64,000 nucleotides of DNA, from contig MU063499.1 of assembly GCA_013265495.1 (NCBI GenBank), forward strand, positions 1,116,001 through 1,180,000, written 5' to 3'. The stretch comes from Vicugna vicugna. Its lineage: Eukaryota. Shown here piece by piece: positions 12,001-23,560 of this stretch. Below the pieces are notes generated by a model. That model did no database searches. It was not told the origin of the DNA and worked only from the letters and a program-made list of their open reading frames with translations. Every line of letters starts with the position of its first letter. Position 1 is the stretch's first letter. The position numbers and the translations under genes were made by a program.

Positions 12001-15000
12001 CTTAGGAGACATGAATGAGCAAGACAAAAGGACAGCCACCTCACCCCTCACCTTCTGCTCCCCACTAAGTTACCTTGTTTCTGGAAGAAAACAAGTCCTT
12101 CTTCAGCTTGTCAGTTAGCTCTCCTGAAGCCTTCCTTGCCTCTTTTAGATTCTCATACTCTCTATAAAGGGGCCATGGAAAGAGATATCAGCACCAGATA
12201 CCTGCTGCTCAGACTGAGCCATAGCACCACCCAAACACAAAGCTAGATCCGACCCTCAGCATTTCTCATTCCTACTCTGACACCTGAGCCCAACAGGGAC
12301 CAAGTGGTGCTGTGGAGGGTCCTGTACCCAATGCAAAGAAAGTTGATGAGTCTCTGCACCCTGCCTGTCTCGTAGGCACTGGTGATTTAAAAGGGTGTAC
12401 AGGGTGGAGGAGGATAAAAGCTCAATGGTAGAGCGCATGCTTAGCATGCATGAGGTCCTCAGTGCAATCCCCAGTACCGTTATTAAAAAAGGGAGTGTAC
12501 AGGAAGCCCCAGCCTCACTAGGAGGCCTTCTACACCACCTGCCCCTACAGGAGGCATCTGGGATCCTCCATGCCTGTCAGGCAAGTGACCCCTCTTCCCC
12601 AACTTCACACTCATGGTAATGGAGCATCTGAGCTAAGTTTCTGATATAAACCAGGCAGGGTCAGTAACAGTCCTGATGGGAAACAGGCTCTGGATATCAC
12701 AATGGGGCTTATAGCTCAGAGAGCTGTGCCAACCTCCTTAGAAGTAACACTTATAATTCACACTTAATTCTTTCAATAATCCTGTGAGGCAAGTTATTAT
12801 TATCTCTATTCGGGAAGCTGAGGATCAGAGAGGTTAAGAAACTTGCTCCTGGTCACATGGTAAGAGGTGGGGTGAGAGTTCAAACTGAGACAGATTGGCT
12901 CTAGAGTCTGCCCCTTAACTCCACCTGCTCTGCTTTACAAGCGATGGGCAACAGATGGAGAGGCATGGCTGGGTTGCCATGACTTAGCTCCTGGATTTGG
13001 ACAGAGGGACCAGAATACACACTTCTTGAGGGATACGCAGTACACAGCCAGTTGCTCCACTGCTGACTGTCCCACACCCATGTCTCGGATCATCTCCTCC
13101 ACCTCGGGCCGCTGGCTCTGGAGTAGGAGCTCAATCCTGAAAAACACCCAGCCCACGGCATTTAAAATCTGGAGGCTGATGGGTAGATACCTAGTGCAGC
13201 TCTGCCTCCCTTTGCTGCCGTTGCTATGGTGACAGCCTGAGCTGCTAGGATGCGTTAGCAGGCAGGTCTGCCCAAAGAAAAGCCCCACAGCAGAGCTAGG
13301 CACAGCTGCAGAGATGCTGCTGGAGAAGAAGGGGTGCTGACAGAGGACCTCAAGGTCAGGGATCCCCAGAGAGAGGTTCATGGAACAGAAGCCCTGTCAG
13401 GTTGTCTGGCCACAGGCAACAGGCATAGGGAGGAGTGTGGCAAGAGGCCCCACAGAAAGTAGAGAAGCCCACAGAGGCTGAGCAAGGAGACCTGTGCCCA
13501 TACCCAGCCGGCCTGCGCTTCCCACGGCCTATGGAGATTTGAGCCACAGAGATAGGCCAACCCCTGCTGCTCCTGAGAGCTGTGCCCCTGCGGGCTGGAA
13601 GCACAAAGGTATAGGTGGGCCCCAGCTCCAAGCTCACCGCTCCATAGTCTTCATCTTGCTCCGGAGTCGGCGGGCCTCCTCCCGTGCTTGTTTGGTCTCA
13701 TCCTGCTGTTGCTCCAAGTACTTCATCTGCTTCTGAAGGGCAGATGAAGGCACCTCTACATACCTGTTGCTTGGAGGCTCCCAGGGGCCAAGGCTAAAGT
13801 CACTGCGAGAACCTACCAAGAACTGTCTGCTTTTGAAAGTGCTGATAAGCATGTGTTTCAACACCCCAGAAGTAAGGCTCCTGGGCCCGACTCTGGATTG
13901 TGCTTTTTCTTCTAAGAGGCCCCAAGCCAACTGCTTCCTCACCTCTCTGCTTGCTTCCTCCTGAGACAGGTCTTGCCATAGGCATAGCCCACTGCCAGCA
14001 TCGACAAGCCTGCTGGGGGTTGCCAGGATCATGTGGCCCATGCCTCATGGTACATGCTATGCAGGAAGCTGAAGAAGCCTGAAGCACAAATCCGGGCTGC
14101 ACTATCCATCTAGGGTCATGGATGGTTGCCAAGATAGGAAAGCTGAGCCTGAGGCAGCTGGCTAGGCTGCCCTCAGCACCTGGCCACTCCATCTCTGACC
14201 CGGGAATGCCATCAGACTCCTGCTCTGCAGCCAGGAGCTAGTTCACTCCTTCCCTCCCACCGGCCAGGACACGTGATCCAGCCCAGCCACCAAGCAGGAA
14301 TAGAAACAATGAGCACCCTGGGGCCCTGTCTGATCACACGGATGGCTCCCTTTCCCTTTCGAATGGCATCCAGCAAGACTGCTCCTTCCTACGAGGCCAG
14401 ACTATCAATCATGAATTCAGATCAATCACCTCATGCCCCTTGGAGAGCAAGAGGCTCACCAACCCAGGCTGATACAAAATTCATCTGGGTCTAGAGCCGC
14501 TTGCTCTGCAGGCTTTGATCTGTCCAGTCAGCTCAGCACAGCCGACTTCAAAGGCCCCCTGCTCCTCCCTGGGATGCTGTTTCATCTGGCTCCAGAGAGC
14601 AGCCCAGCCAGACTAGTGTGCTAATGGAAGGTTCTTCAGGCTGGCTTTGTCAGCGGAGTACAAACCACTTTTGGAAACACGGTTCAGTCTCACTGAGGTC
14701 TTGGCTGAGCAGCCCCTCCAAGGACTGGGAAGGGCTTGCCTCCCCAGACTACCAAGTACAAAATCCATAAGCGTAGCCAATATGACGCTTTTCTTATGGG
14801 CTGGATGGGCACAGTATGGGAGGCCTGGGAAGATGGGATTTGCCTCCATTTTACAACTGAACACACCAAGGTATTAGCCAAGAACCAAATGATACGTCCA
14901 GTAGAGTAATGAGCCCAGGACTTCAGACTATACCTCCCCACCAATCTTCGCCCCCAAGACCCGGGGACCCACCTTGAGGGTGGAGCACAGCATCTCGGCC

Positions 15001-18000
15001 TTGTCTAAGGCCTTCTGCAGGGACTCCACAGTGGCGTTGCGCTCTTCCAGCGTGTCCCGCAGAGTGTCAATGATGACCTGGCTGTCTCGTTTTTCCTTCT
15101 CTGGAGCAGGGGTGAAGATGGAGGGAGAGGAGAGGCCCCTTCACCCATCCATATGAGAACCTGGACCCTTGGGCTCCAGCACCCACCCCAGAGCCCATGA
15201 GGAACAAGTCTCAGAGCAAAGGGTTGGATGGCCCACTTCTCTTGCTGGCAGGCACCAAACCAGGGAATCCCAGCCAGAGTTTCTTCATTTCCAGGATGAG
15301 ACCCTCTTTGTGCTGCTTGAAACTACCTGAGTAAAGACTTCACTAATCCCTGTTCCTGTGGCTTTAGTTAATTCCTCATCCCAGAACTCAAGGAGATTCC
15401 TGCCAAACTTGGCAGCTGAACCCTCTTTTACAAATACTCTGTCCTATCAGGTAGCCCCCTCCTACCCTGGGTCCTAGGCAAGAAGTCTCAGACAAAGAGA
15501 AGAGGCTCATCTGGTCCAGGTGGACAGCTTTAGTCACCTCCCTTTCCTCTCCTTTTCTGCCAATCACAAGAGCTGATAAGACTCTTGGACAGACAAAGCA
15601 GGGAGAACCCCTGGCTCTGCCAGGAGGGAGGACTTCCTCCCAGGGTCTCTCCCTCCAGCACCCAAGTCAGGGGCTTCCCAGGGCCCCTTGGGAACTCACC
15701 TTTCTGGGAAAGCAGGGCTCTAGTATTATCCAGTTCATTCTGAAAAGCAAGATCCACAATAAGCAGCAAAAAAGCAACAGAGCTGGCTTCCACTCGGCCT
15801 CCCATAAGGCTTGTGGGGAGACCCGGGAGGTGACAATGGGGCCTATAGATCCAGAGAAGCATCTCAAGGACCCTGCTGCATCTCAAGGACAAGCTAAGTC
15901 AACAATGGAGAGAGAAGCCTTGCTTTATCTCTTTGTGCCTTTTTAAAAAGTAGAAAAGATGAATGGAAATAATCTCAGGTATAAGACCCCAGGGCAGGAA
16001 AAGAGGCACAACAGGGCAAAGTAAGTGGATCTGGACCTGTGTGGTCAGTCTCATGGCAGAGGCTTCCATTGGTTCCCTGGGCCTGTGCTGGCCCTCACCC
16101 TCTCTGGCATTAGCTGCTCTCACTGGGGACACAGAGCTGGGATGGCCAACCACTCCTTGTCTCCACCCTGGGTTCTGCCTGCTTCATGTTCTAACCATTT
16201 CCAAGCTCTAAGCTGGTTCTGTGTACCATGAATCTTCCAGGCCCATTACGGTAGGTGAGCCAGGACAACTCTGCCCCACTGAGTGAAATGTCACATGTGC
16301 TAGACTGTGAGGGTTAAATGAACCTCTCAAAGTTCATGCATGTTCCAAATCCACTGCTGCAGAACCACTGAGAGGCTGGAGCAGAACTGAGCTGAGCTCC
16401 CATCCAGGAGTTCCACGCACTCAACATCCCTATGGGCAAGAGAGGTGTCTACTCCATAAGCAGGAAAACCAGACTTGGCAGACCCGAAAGGTTTGGCCAA
16501 GGGTCCAGGGTGGTAGCTGGATGCAATCCAGACAAATCCTCCTCCAGATCACCCTTCCTAGGTCAACACAAGATACAGAATATCACATGTGACCAATAAT
16601 AAGGCCCAGCCCCAGTGGGCAGATAAGCCCCTGCTGTCAAACTCTCCACCCAGGACTCTGGGGCAGGAGCTGTTGGTGGCTGAGCTGGTCAGCGTAGGCT
16701 GGACATCTGGGGTGGAAGTGGTGGATAGAGAAGGGCATGCATGGGCTGCCTGAGAGTGGCTGTCAGTCCAAAGCTACTGCTAGCTCTCTGGCTCCTTCCA
16801 CATCTAAGCAGGGTGCCTTCCAAGCTCTTGCTCCAAACTACTTAAGATTTTGCCTCCCTGTCTCCTAGAATTGGCTTTGAAAGCCGGAAAGAAATGAAGC
16901 TGCTTTTGTTGCCTTTATCACAGGGAGGACACAGCTTAAAACTGGGAGCAGTTACCATGACGATGAACATGTTGGCTTTAAGCACAAAAGCTCCACATTC
17001 TTGAAGCTGTGAGGTTCCAAGGACATCACGGCACCCTGGGGGTGGGGCCAAATGAATCCTGATCTGACAGATGCCCAGCAAATTCCCAGCAAATTAACCC
17101 TCAGAGTCCAGGTTCACTTGCAAACCTCAATCCCACTTCCTTGAGAGGTTTCTGCCAATACAACCCCTTTGTGCACAAAGAAAGCTAAATCTTAGACTTG
17201 GAGGGGAAGCAGCAGAAGTGTAGGAGGGAATCCACCCATCCTCCCCTGCAGTGTGGGTTTCTATCCTGGCTGCACATCTTGATTCCAGGGGCTCTGCCCT
17301 CCATTCTTGGTCTGGAAAGACTCAGGACCCTGGGTATATACCAAGCTCCCCAGGCAGTTTTGAGGCACAGGCAGGTTTGTGAAGTGGGTCTACACATCTT
17401 CTCTGGCTGAGGACTGGAAGCGTTTTCTGATCTGTCTCTAACTGTCCAAGCAGCAAAGTGGGCTGAGAAGGATAGCTGTAGATCTGACCTGTGGTCAGAG
17501 TTGCTCTGAAATCCCCAGGGAAGTGCTCACAACCAAGTAGCTCCCTTCCTTCCTACAGCCTATTTCTCCAATGACTGTATCACCATCAGTTGCCCTCTGC
17601 TCTCATTGCCTCTGCCTTTAAATCTCTACCAAGTCTCCCCTCTAGATCTCCATCTCCATACTCCAGCTACCCTCCCTTGGTAGGAGCAGAAACTGAACTC
17701 TCAGAGGGCTTGGGGCTCAGTAGAATGAGATAAATTCTGGATACCTTTAAGAATTCTGCATCTAAGACACTCTCCTCCTCTTGGGCAAGGTCAAAGAAGA
17801 GCTTATTGATAATGGTTCTTTTGCCGACCTGGATGGGAGAACAAGATATAGCATGACTGCACAGCTGGGTCATGGGCAAGGAGGACAGGGATACACAAGT
17901 AGCCTAACATGCACCTAAGCCTGTTCTCAGGCCTAACCTTTCATAGCACATCCCGTGGAGTCAGACAATCTCTGCAACGCTGTAGATATCCCAAGCTGGT

Positions 18001-21000
18001 GCCACTAGCTTGGTGGTTACTGAAGTCATGTCACTGCAGACCACCCATGTGGTAACTGCTCAAAAGATACCCCAACTCTAGGTGTTAGGCATTGAGAAAA
18101 TGGGGAAAGGCAGGGAAGGAAGCCAAATCTACTCGGATGAGGACTGGCCCAGGCAACAAGTCCATCTGTCAGCTACCCCTGGGCATAGGCAGACCTCCCA
18201 AGCCAGTCGAAAGCACAAGTAAGGCTCAATCAGCCTCAAACCATGAGGGTCCAAATAGGTCAAAGATACTCCTTAGCTTGAGAGATCTTTCCTCTTTCCT
18301 GCTCCCTGGCAAGGAGATGTCGTTAGCTGAGGTTTTTTTCACCCCACCACCCTCACCTGGATTCGGCACTGTGGGCAGGTCCGACTTGGTGCTGTCTCAA
18401 ACCACTGAATTAGGCTGGAAGAGAAGCAGAAAAACAGACTGGTGAGCCCTGGCTTGGGGGGAGACACAAAGACCAGGTAGCCACCCTCACCATAATGGCA
18501 TCTGTCCTGTTTCTCCTCCACCCAATGCCTGCCCACAAGGAGGGCAGCGCCACAGGCAGTGATAGTACATCCCACAAGCCTGGCTGGTAGAAACACTCCA
18601 ACCAGCTGGCCCTTCTTTTGGCCCTGTTGGCTTGGCCTTCCCTACCTCTGAGCTGAAATTCTGTCAACCTTCTAGGCTTTGACTGGGGGGTGGGGGGACA
18701 ACACTCAAAGCCAGGGTCACTTAGAGATGGGGATTATAATAATATCCTCATTTAAGCTGGGACTCCAAAGGGCTATACTTTCAAAGTAAGGGTAAACTAG
18801 AGGTAAAAGCAAGTAGCAGTAAAAGCAAAACACAGCTCAGCTATGCACCATCTATGTGCCTTAAACTTTAATTAGTCTCCCACTAAGAGATTCTCCTACC
18901 CCTAGGACCAAGGAGGAACAGTCCTTTCAGGAAGATGATACCATCATCTTAGGTCTCAATTTTTTTTAATAAACAATTTTTCGAATACTATATACAACAT
19001 ATAATCAGAGTTAACCATGAATAATGGAATATCACACAGCAATGAGACAAACGAGTCTACAACTAAGAACAAAATTATGGATGAATTACATAAATATAAC
19101 ATAGAGGAGGAGAAGCCAGATACAAAAAAAGCTATATTGTGCATAACTCCACTTACATAAAGTAAAGTAGGCAAGACTCATCTATGCTGCTGGAAGTCAA
19201 AACAGTAGTTATTCTTATGTGTGGGGGAAAGGTGGGCTGAGGGGTGGGTGTAACTGGAAGAGGGCATGAGTGTTACTGACCTGGGTTCCTGAACTCTTTA
19301 ATCAATAGAAATTGGTAAGAGGCTGGATGAGAAATTCAGGCAAGACCTTATTGGGACTCGAGCTGCAGCACAGGAAGCAAAAACAAGCAACAGGAGCACT
19401 TAAATGGGGTGAGGGTAAAGGTGGATGGGTGCACTGGACTGGAGGGGTGGCTTAGGGGGTCTGCCCACTCCTTTGGTGGTACTGGGTGCAGGGATCATGC
19501 CTAGTACCTTGATTTTGCTCCCAACATCTCAGAAGTGGCAGTTGAGCCATTTTATATTTTATTGTTCATAATTTGCCCCAACTGCACATGTGTGCAGTTA
19601 TTTTTAGTCCCTTATAACGTCTTTGTATTCTGTTGCTCCAGGAAGATGTTTATCCAGGTGCAAGTGTAAACACTCTGGTAGTGTCCCAGGTCCCAGTCTC
19701 TCACTAAGAGGTTTCTGAAGTGCTAATATCTAGTTTCTTGATCTGAATTCTGGTTGCACGAGTATGTTCAGTTTGTGAAAATTCTGCAAGCCATACACTT
19801 ATTCTTTGTGTACTATTATGTAATATATCATATTCCAATAAAACGTTTTGGTTTTTTAAAAAAGCAAACAGTTACACAGGGAGAAAAGCACTACAAGTGC
19901 AAACCAGAACATATCCACAAAGGATTCAGACATTGGAATGGTCAGACACAGAGCATAATAAACACATTATACTGAATAAATAAAAATTAAGATTGAAAAT
20001 ATCAGTAGAGAATTAGATAATAAAAGGTGACATAACAGAGTTTAGTAAGAACCCAACAGAAATTCTAAAACTGAAAAAAAGGCCAAAATTAAGAATTCAA
20101 TGGATGAGTTTAATAGCAGTTTAGACACAGGATTGAAGAATTAGTACACTGAAAGATAGGTCAGAGGAAATACTAAGAATTAGAAAGACGGAAAATGTAC
20201 AAGAGATGATAAGAGATACAGAAGATACTGTGAGAAGGTCTAGCACACATATAATTAGGAGTTACAAAAAGAAAGCGTTAGGTTGAATAACGCCCTCCCC
20301 TCCAGAAGTCTATGTCCTAATTTCTAAAACCTGCGAATATGTTACCTTATATGACAAGAGCAATCGTGCAGATGTGATTGAGTTAAGGAGATAGGGGGAG
20401 ATTATCCAGGTGTGTCCCATGGGTCACAAGGGTCCTCATAAGTGAGGCAGGAGTGTCAGAGTCATACAGAGAGATGAGAAGTTGTAAAACTGCTAACTTT
20501 GAAGATGGAGAAAGGGGCCAGGAGCCAAAGAAAGCACAGCCCCACTTCCACCCTGATTTTTACCAAGTAAGACCCATTTTGGACTTCTGACATCCAGAAT
20601 TATAAAATAATAAATCTGCATTGTTTTAAGCCACTAAGTTAGTAGTAATTTGTTACAGCAGAAATGAGAAACTAGCATAGAAAGAAAAGAGATAGTGGAA
20701 TAGAGGCAATACATGAAGAGTTAATGGCTGATAATTTTTCAGAACTGATTAAAGAAATTGTTCTGCAAGTTAAACCTAATGAATCCCAAGCAGAATAAAT
20801 AAACATAATAACAAAAAGAGAATTGAGGTAACTATATTGTTGTCAGACAAAATAGACTTTGAGTCAAAAAAGGTTACAAAAGACAAAGAAGGACTTTACA
20901 TATTGATAAATTTCCACTCTAACAAGAAGTAACAATTGCAAACATATATGCACCTAACAAAATATATATGAAAGAAAACTGTACAGAACTGAAGGGAGAA

Positions 21001-23354
21001 ACAGCTCTACAATAAAGGATGGAGATGTCAATACCCTACAATTTTAACAATGGATAGAATAATCAGACAGATGATCAATAAGGAAATAGAGGACTCGAAC
21101 AATACTTTAAACCAACTAGACTTAACAGACATATGCTCCCTCCAACAACAGCAGAACACACATTTTTCTCAAGTGCTTNNNNNNNNNNNNNNNNNNNNNN
21201 NNNNNNNNNNNNNNNNNNNNNNNNNNNNNNNNNNNNNNNNNNNNNNNNNNNNNNNNNNNNNNNNNNNNNNNNNNNNNNNNNNNNNNNNNNNNNNNNNNNN
21301 NNNNNNNNNNNNNNNNNNNNNNNNNNNNNNNNNNNNNNNNNNNNNNNNNNNNNNNNNNNNNNNNNNNNNNNNNNNNNNNNNNNNNNNNNNNNNNNNNNNN
21401 NNNNAAATGAAAACATCATACCAAACAACAAACTGTGGAATACAGCAAAACCAGTACTGAGAGGGAACCTGATAGCTTTAAACACATGCNNNNNNNNNNN
21501 NNNNNNNNNNNNNNNNNNNNNNNNNNNNNNNNNNNNNNNNNNNNNNNNNNNNNNNNNNNNNNNNNNNNNNNNNNNNNNNNNNNNNNNNNNNNNNNNNNNN
21601 NNNNNNNNNNNNNNNNNNNNNNNNNNNNNNNNNNAAGACAGCTTCTTAAAAATTAAACATAGAATTACCGTATGATCCAGCTATTCCACCTCTGGGTATA
21701 ACCCAAAAGAAAGGAAAACAGGAACAGATACTTATACACCAATGCTCATAGTAACATTACAGCAGCCAAAACATGGAAACAACCCAAGGTCCATTAACAG
21801 ATGAAGGGATAAACAAAATATGGTATTTCCATACAATGAACATTACTTAGTCATAAAAAGGCAGAAAATTCTGAAACGTGCTACAGCATGAATAAAAACA
21901 TTATGCTTAGTGAAATAAGCCAGACCCAGAAGAGCAAATATTGTGCAATTCCACTTACGTGAGTTACCTAGCATAGGAAAATTCAAGGAGAGACAGAAAG
22001 TAAAATAGAGGTTTCCAGGGGAGGGAAGAATGGAAAGTTACTGTTTAAAGGGTACAGTGCTGTTTGGAATGATGGAAAAGTTTTGTAAATAGATAGTGGT
22101 GATGGTTATACAACATTGTGAATGTACTTAATGCCACTGAACTGTACACTTAAAAACAGCTAAAATGGAAGGCATCTTTGAGCTCACTGAGCAAACACCA
22201 TCCTGAACTAAAAAACTGTACGAAGATGTTTTCATTGAAATTAAATGGAGGCAGACATGACCAAGGAATATAGTAAGAATTTGATCTCTTTATGTATCCT
22301 GTGATAGATGAATGTGTGGAGACAGCAACTAGTGGGCAACAGAACAATACTAAAAGGGTGGTAATATGAGGAAATAATATCATCATGTTAGAAGCCTTGG
22401 AAGAAGTATAAAAAATGGCTGTGTTCACCAGAGAAATCAACTGGTTCCACATGTCCCCTTTTCAAAGGGCTTGTTTTACTATGATATAAAAATCAGGTCC
22501 TGTACATTTTCATAATGAACTTTTTTGTTAAGTAAAGTTTTGTAAAAGTGAAAAGTTAAAATGGTAAATATTATATATTTTTACTACAATAAAATGATGT
22601 ATAGTAAAAAGAAAAAAAAGAAATGGTTAAAATGGTAAATTTTGTTACGCATATTTCATCACAATTGAAAAAGGAGCTCCGAATCAGCCTGTCCACAGCT
22701 GCTAGGGGAACCTTCCCACCAGCTGTACACTCGACAGTATGGTCCTACGGGTCTACAGAAACGCTTGATTAGCGAGGACCTCCTTGCCCTCCAATATTAA
22801 CTTGAGTCACCTAGGGTCTGTGAATATACTGGGGTGTTTAAACAACGAAATGACTCTGGACAGAATCATTCCAAAACGTCAAGCAAACCACAACAAATCG
22901 GGTAGCCATAAGTGTAACAGGTCTCAAAGAAACAAACGGGCTCGCTAATGTGGCAAAAGTTCATCTCCCCCCGGGTTACTGATTTTGAAATCACGTTTCT
23001 TTGCAAGTCTATCAAGGAAACCACTACTCTGTCTTCATTAAACCAACCCCGACCCTTGCCGGCCTCAGCTCAGGTATCACCTCCTCCGGGAAGCCTGCCA
23101 TGACCGGCTTCTGCCCAGGTTGGGAACCTCTCGTGGGGTACCGTCTAAGGACGTCCTCATCACCAGTCTGGGCTCAGCGGACCGGTCGCCCGGACACCCC
23201 ACAGTCCTGTAGAGGTACCAGAGCGAGTGCCCAGCCCCCAAACAGCGGTCACTCACCACTGCAAGTGGAAGGTATGGCCGCAGTGGATGGCGGCCACGTC
23301 ACGGGAGTGGTCGAAGAAGTCGGAGCAGATGGTGCATAGCGCACGAATGGGCAT
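1..23354 (-). CDS. TRAIP: TRAF-interacting protein, RING-H2 E3 ubiquitin ligase (spliced; 3' end runs off the window)
   Basis: Coding exons (minus strand, all GT-AG, phases consistent): 23257-23354, 18357-18414, 17745-17828, 15700-15739, 14973-15100, 13638-13732, 13023-13136, 12074-12161, 11373-11462, 10878-10966, 2683-2838, 854-902, 426-575, 263-313, <1-45. Translation starts [49 protein letters not shown] (C3H2C3 RING), then coiled coil ([26 protein letters not shown]) and [17 protein letters not shown]; 445 codons are visible. Confidence 0.97.
3370..4400 (+). mobile_element. L1 (L1M-type) ORF2 3' end and 3' UTR, interrupted by an N-gap
   Basis: Typical L1 3' motifs (ATGCAAATCAAACTATAATGAGACACCAC; CACTGAACTGTACACTTAAAAATG) and an A-rich end. 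Confidence 0.85.
3947..4183. other. Assembly gap (237 N)
   Basis: Run of N inside an L1. Confidence 0.99.
6475..6606. other. Assembly gap (132 N)
   Basis: Run of N abutting an L1 3' end. Confidence 0.99.
6607..6900 (+). mobile_element. L1MB-like 3' end
   Basis: AGAGTAGTCAAA..AGAGACA..AAGTAGAATGGTGGCTGCCAGGGG...TATATTTTACCACAATAAAAA. Confidence 0.8.
6960..7800 (+). mobile_element. Ancient L1 (L1ME-like) ORF1 and downstream fragments
   Basis: A-rich degenerate ORF1-like sequence (ATCAGATGGGCATCAATTTCTCAGCGGCAACAATGG); boundaries approximate. Confidence 0.5.
7990..8200 (+). mobile_element. L2 fragment
   Basis: CCAGAGCGATCTTTCT...CCATTGTTCTTAGGATAAAA...CCTGCCTCAGGGCCTTTGCACTTGC match L2 3' motifs. 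Confidence 0.7.
9466..9590 (+). mobile_element. tRNA-Ala-derived SINE (camelid Vic-1-like)
   Basis: GGGTATAGCTCAGTGGTGGAG...GGATTCAACTACCAGTGCCTCC with A/B boxes and A-rich tail; TSD TGAGGAATTA at 9456-9465 and 9591-9600. Confidence 0.85.
10111..10189. repeat. Perfect 38-bp direct duplication (period 41)
   Basis: CAGGGCTGAACAGATAGGAGGGGTGGAAGCATGGATCA at 10111-10148 and 10152-10189. Confidence 0.95.
12404..12490 (+). mobile_element. tRNA-Ala-derived SINE (camelid Vic-1-like)
   Basis: AGCTCAATGGTAGAGCGCATGCTTAGCATGCATGAGGTCCTCAGTGCAATCCCCAGTACC plus A tail; flanking repeat GTGTACAGG at 12395-12403 and 12495-12503. Confidence 0.85.
12740..12925 (+). mobile_element. MIR SINE
   Basis: AATCCTGTGAGG...GAAGCTGAGGATCAGAGAGGTTAAGAAACTTGCTCCTGGTCACA core. 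Confidence 0.75.
18950..19870 (+). mobile_element. L1ME-like 3' region split by an LTR insertion
   Basis: L1ME 3' motifs on both sides of 19271-19703 (GGAAGAGGGCATGAG | TTTCTG...TTTCTTGATCTG); ends CAATAAAA plus A-rich tail. Confidence 0.65.
19271..19703 (-). mobile_element. Solo ERV LTR (ERV1-like)
   Basis: TG...CA termini. The minus strand ends AATAAGGTCTTGCCTGAATTTCTC...ATTTCTATTGATTAAAGAGTTCAGGAACCCAGGTCAGTAACA, a typical ERV1 U5 end. TSD not clean. Confidence 0.7.
20276..20679 (+). mobile_element. MLT1-type MaLR solo LTR nested in L1
   Basis: GAATATGTTACCTTATATG...TTGGACTTCTGACATCCAGAA...AATAAATCTGCATTGTTTTAAGCCACTAAGTT...GTAATTTGTTACAGCAG; 5-bp TSD GAAAG at 20271-20275 and 20680-20684. 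Confidence 0.85.
21179..21404. other. Assembly gap (226 N)
   Basis: Run of N inside an L1. Confidence 0.99.
21490..21634. other. Assembly gap (145 N)
   Basis: Run of N inside an L1. Confidence 0.99.
22169..22554 (+). pseudogene. SNRPG: Processed pseudogene of small nuclear ribonucleoprotein G (Sm-G)
   Basis: 22187-22411 translates in part as [55 protein letters not shown], versus Sm-[59 protein letters not shown]. Intronless, start codon mutated to CTG, 3' UTR-like tail with AGTAAA (22531-22536). Flanked by near-direct repeats GCTAAAATGG (22159-22168) and GTTAAAATGG (22555-22564). Confidence 0.9.
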
Positions 23355-23399
23355 GATGACTGATCTCAACAGGAGCAGGTATCCAAGGAAGCCGCGACC

Positions 23400-23560
23400 G
23401 GTCCAGCTTCGTGGCTGCGCCTAGGCGTCTCCGTTTGCTTCAAATTTGGCTCCACTGAGCGACTTCCGGAACGGATCGGAAGTGGCCACACGGAATTTGA
23501 AGGCGCCGACTGAAGGTTGGATCCGGATTGGACGAACCCTCAGGGGCGGGGCTTAACGGC
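23400..23560 (-). promoter_or_regulatory. TRAIP CpG-island core promoter with CHR, ETS, CCAAT and GC boxes
   Basis: CpG-rich about 23050-23850. TTTGAA (CHR consensus) at 23439-23444 (minus) and 23496-23501 (plus); inverted ETS/GABP cores ACTTCCGG 23462-23469 and CGGAAGT 23477-23483; ATTGG (CCAAT) 23527-23531; GGGGCGGGG near 23543. Lies 90-200 bp upstream of the ATG. Confidence 0.75.

Larger units (their letters stand above)
19880..22168 (+). mobile_element. Long L1 (L1MB-like) remnant: ORF1, endonuclease region and 3' UTR, with nested insertions and two N-gaps
   Basis: ORF1-like A-rich sequence; [28 protein letters not shown] resembles the L1 endonuclease region; 3' UTR motifs at 21635-22168; the tail resumes after the SNRPG retrocopy (22555-22672). 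Confidence 0.85.
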
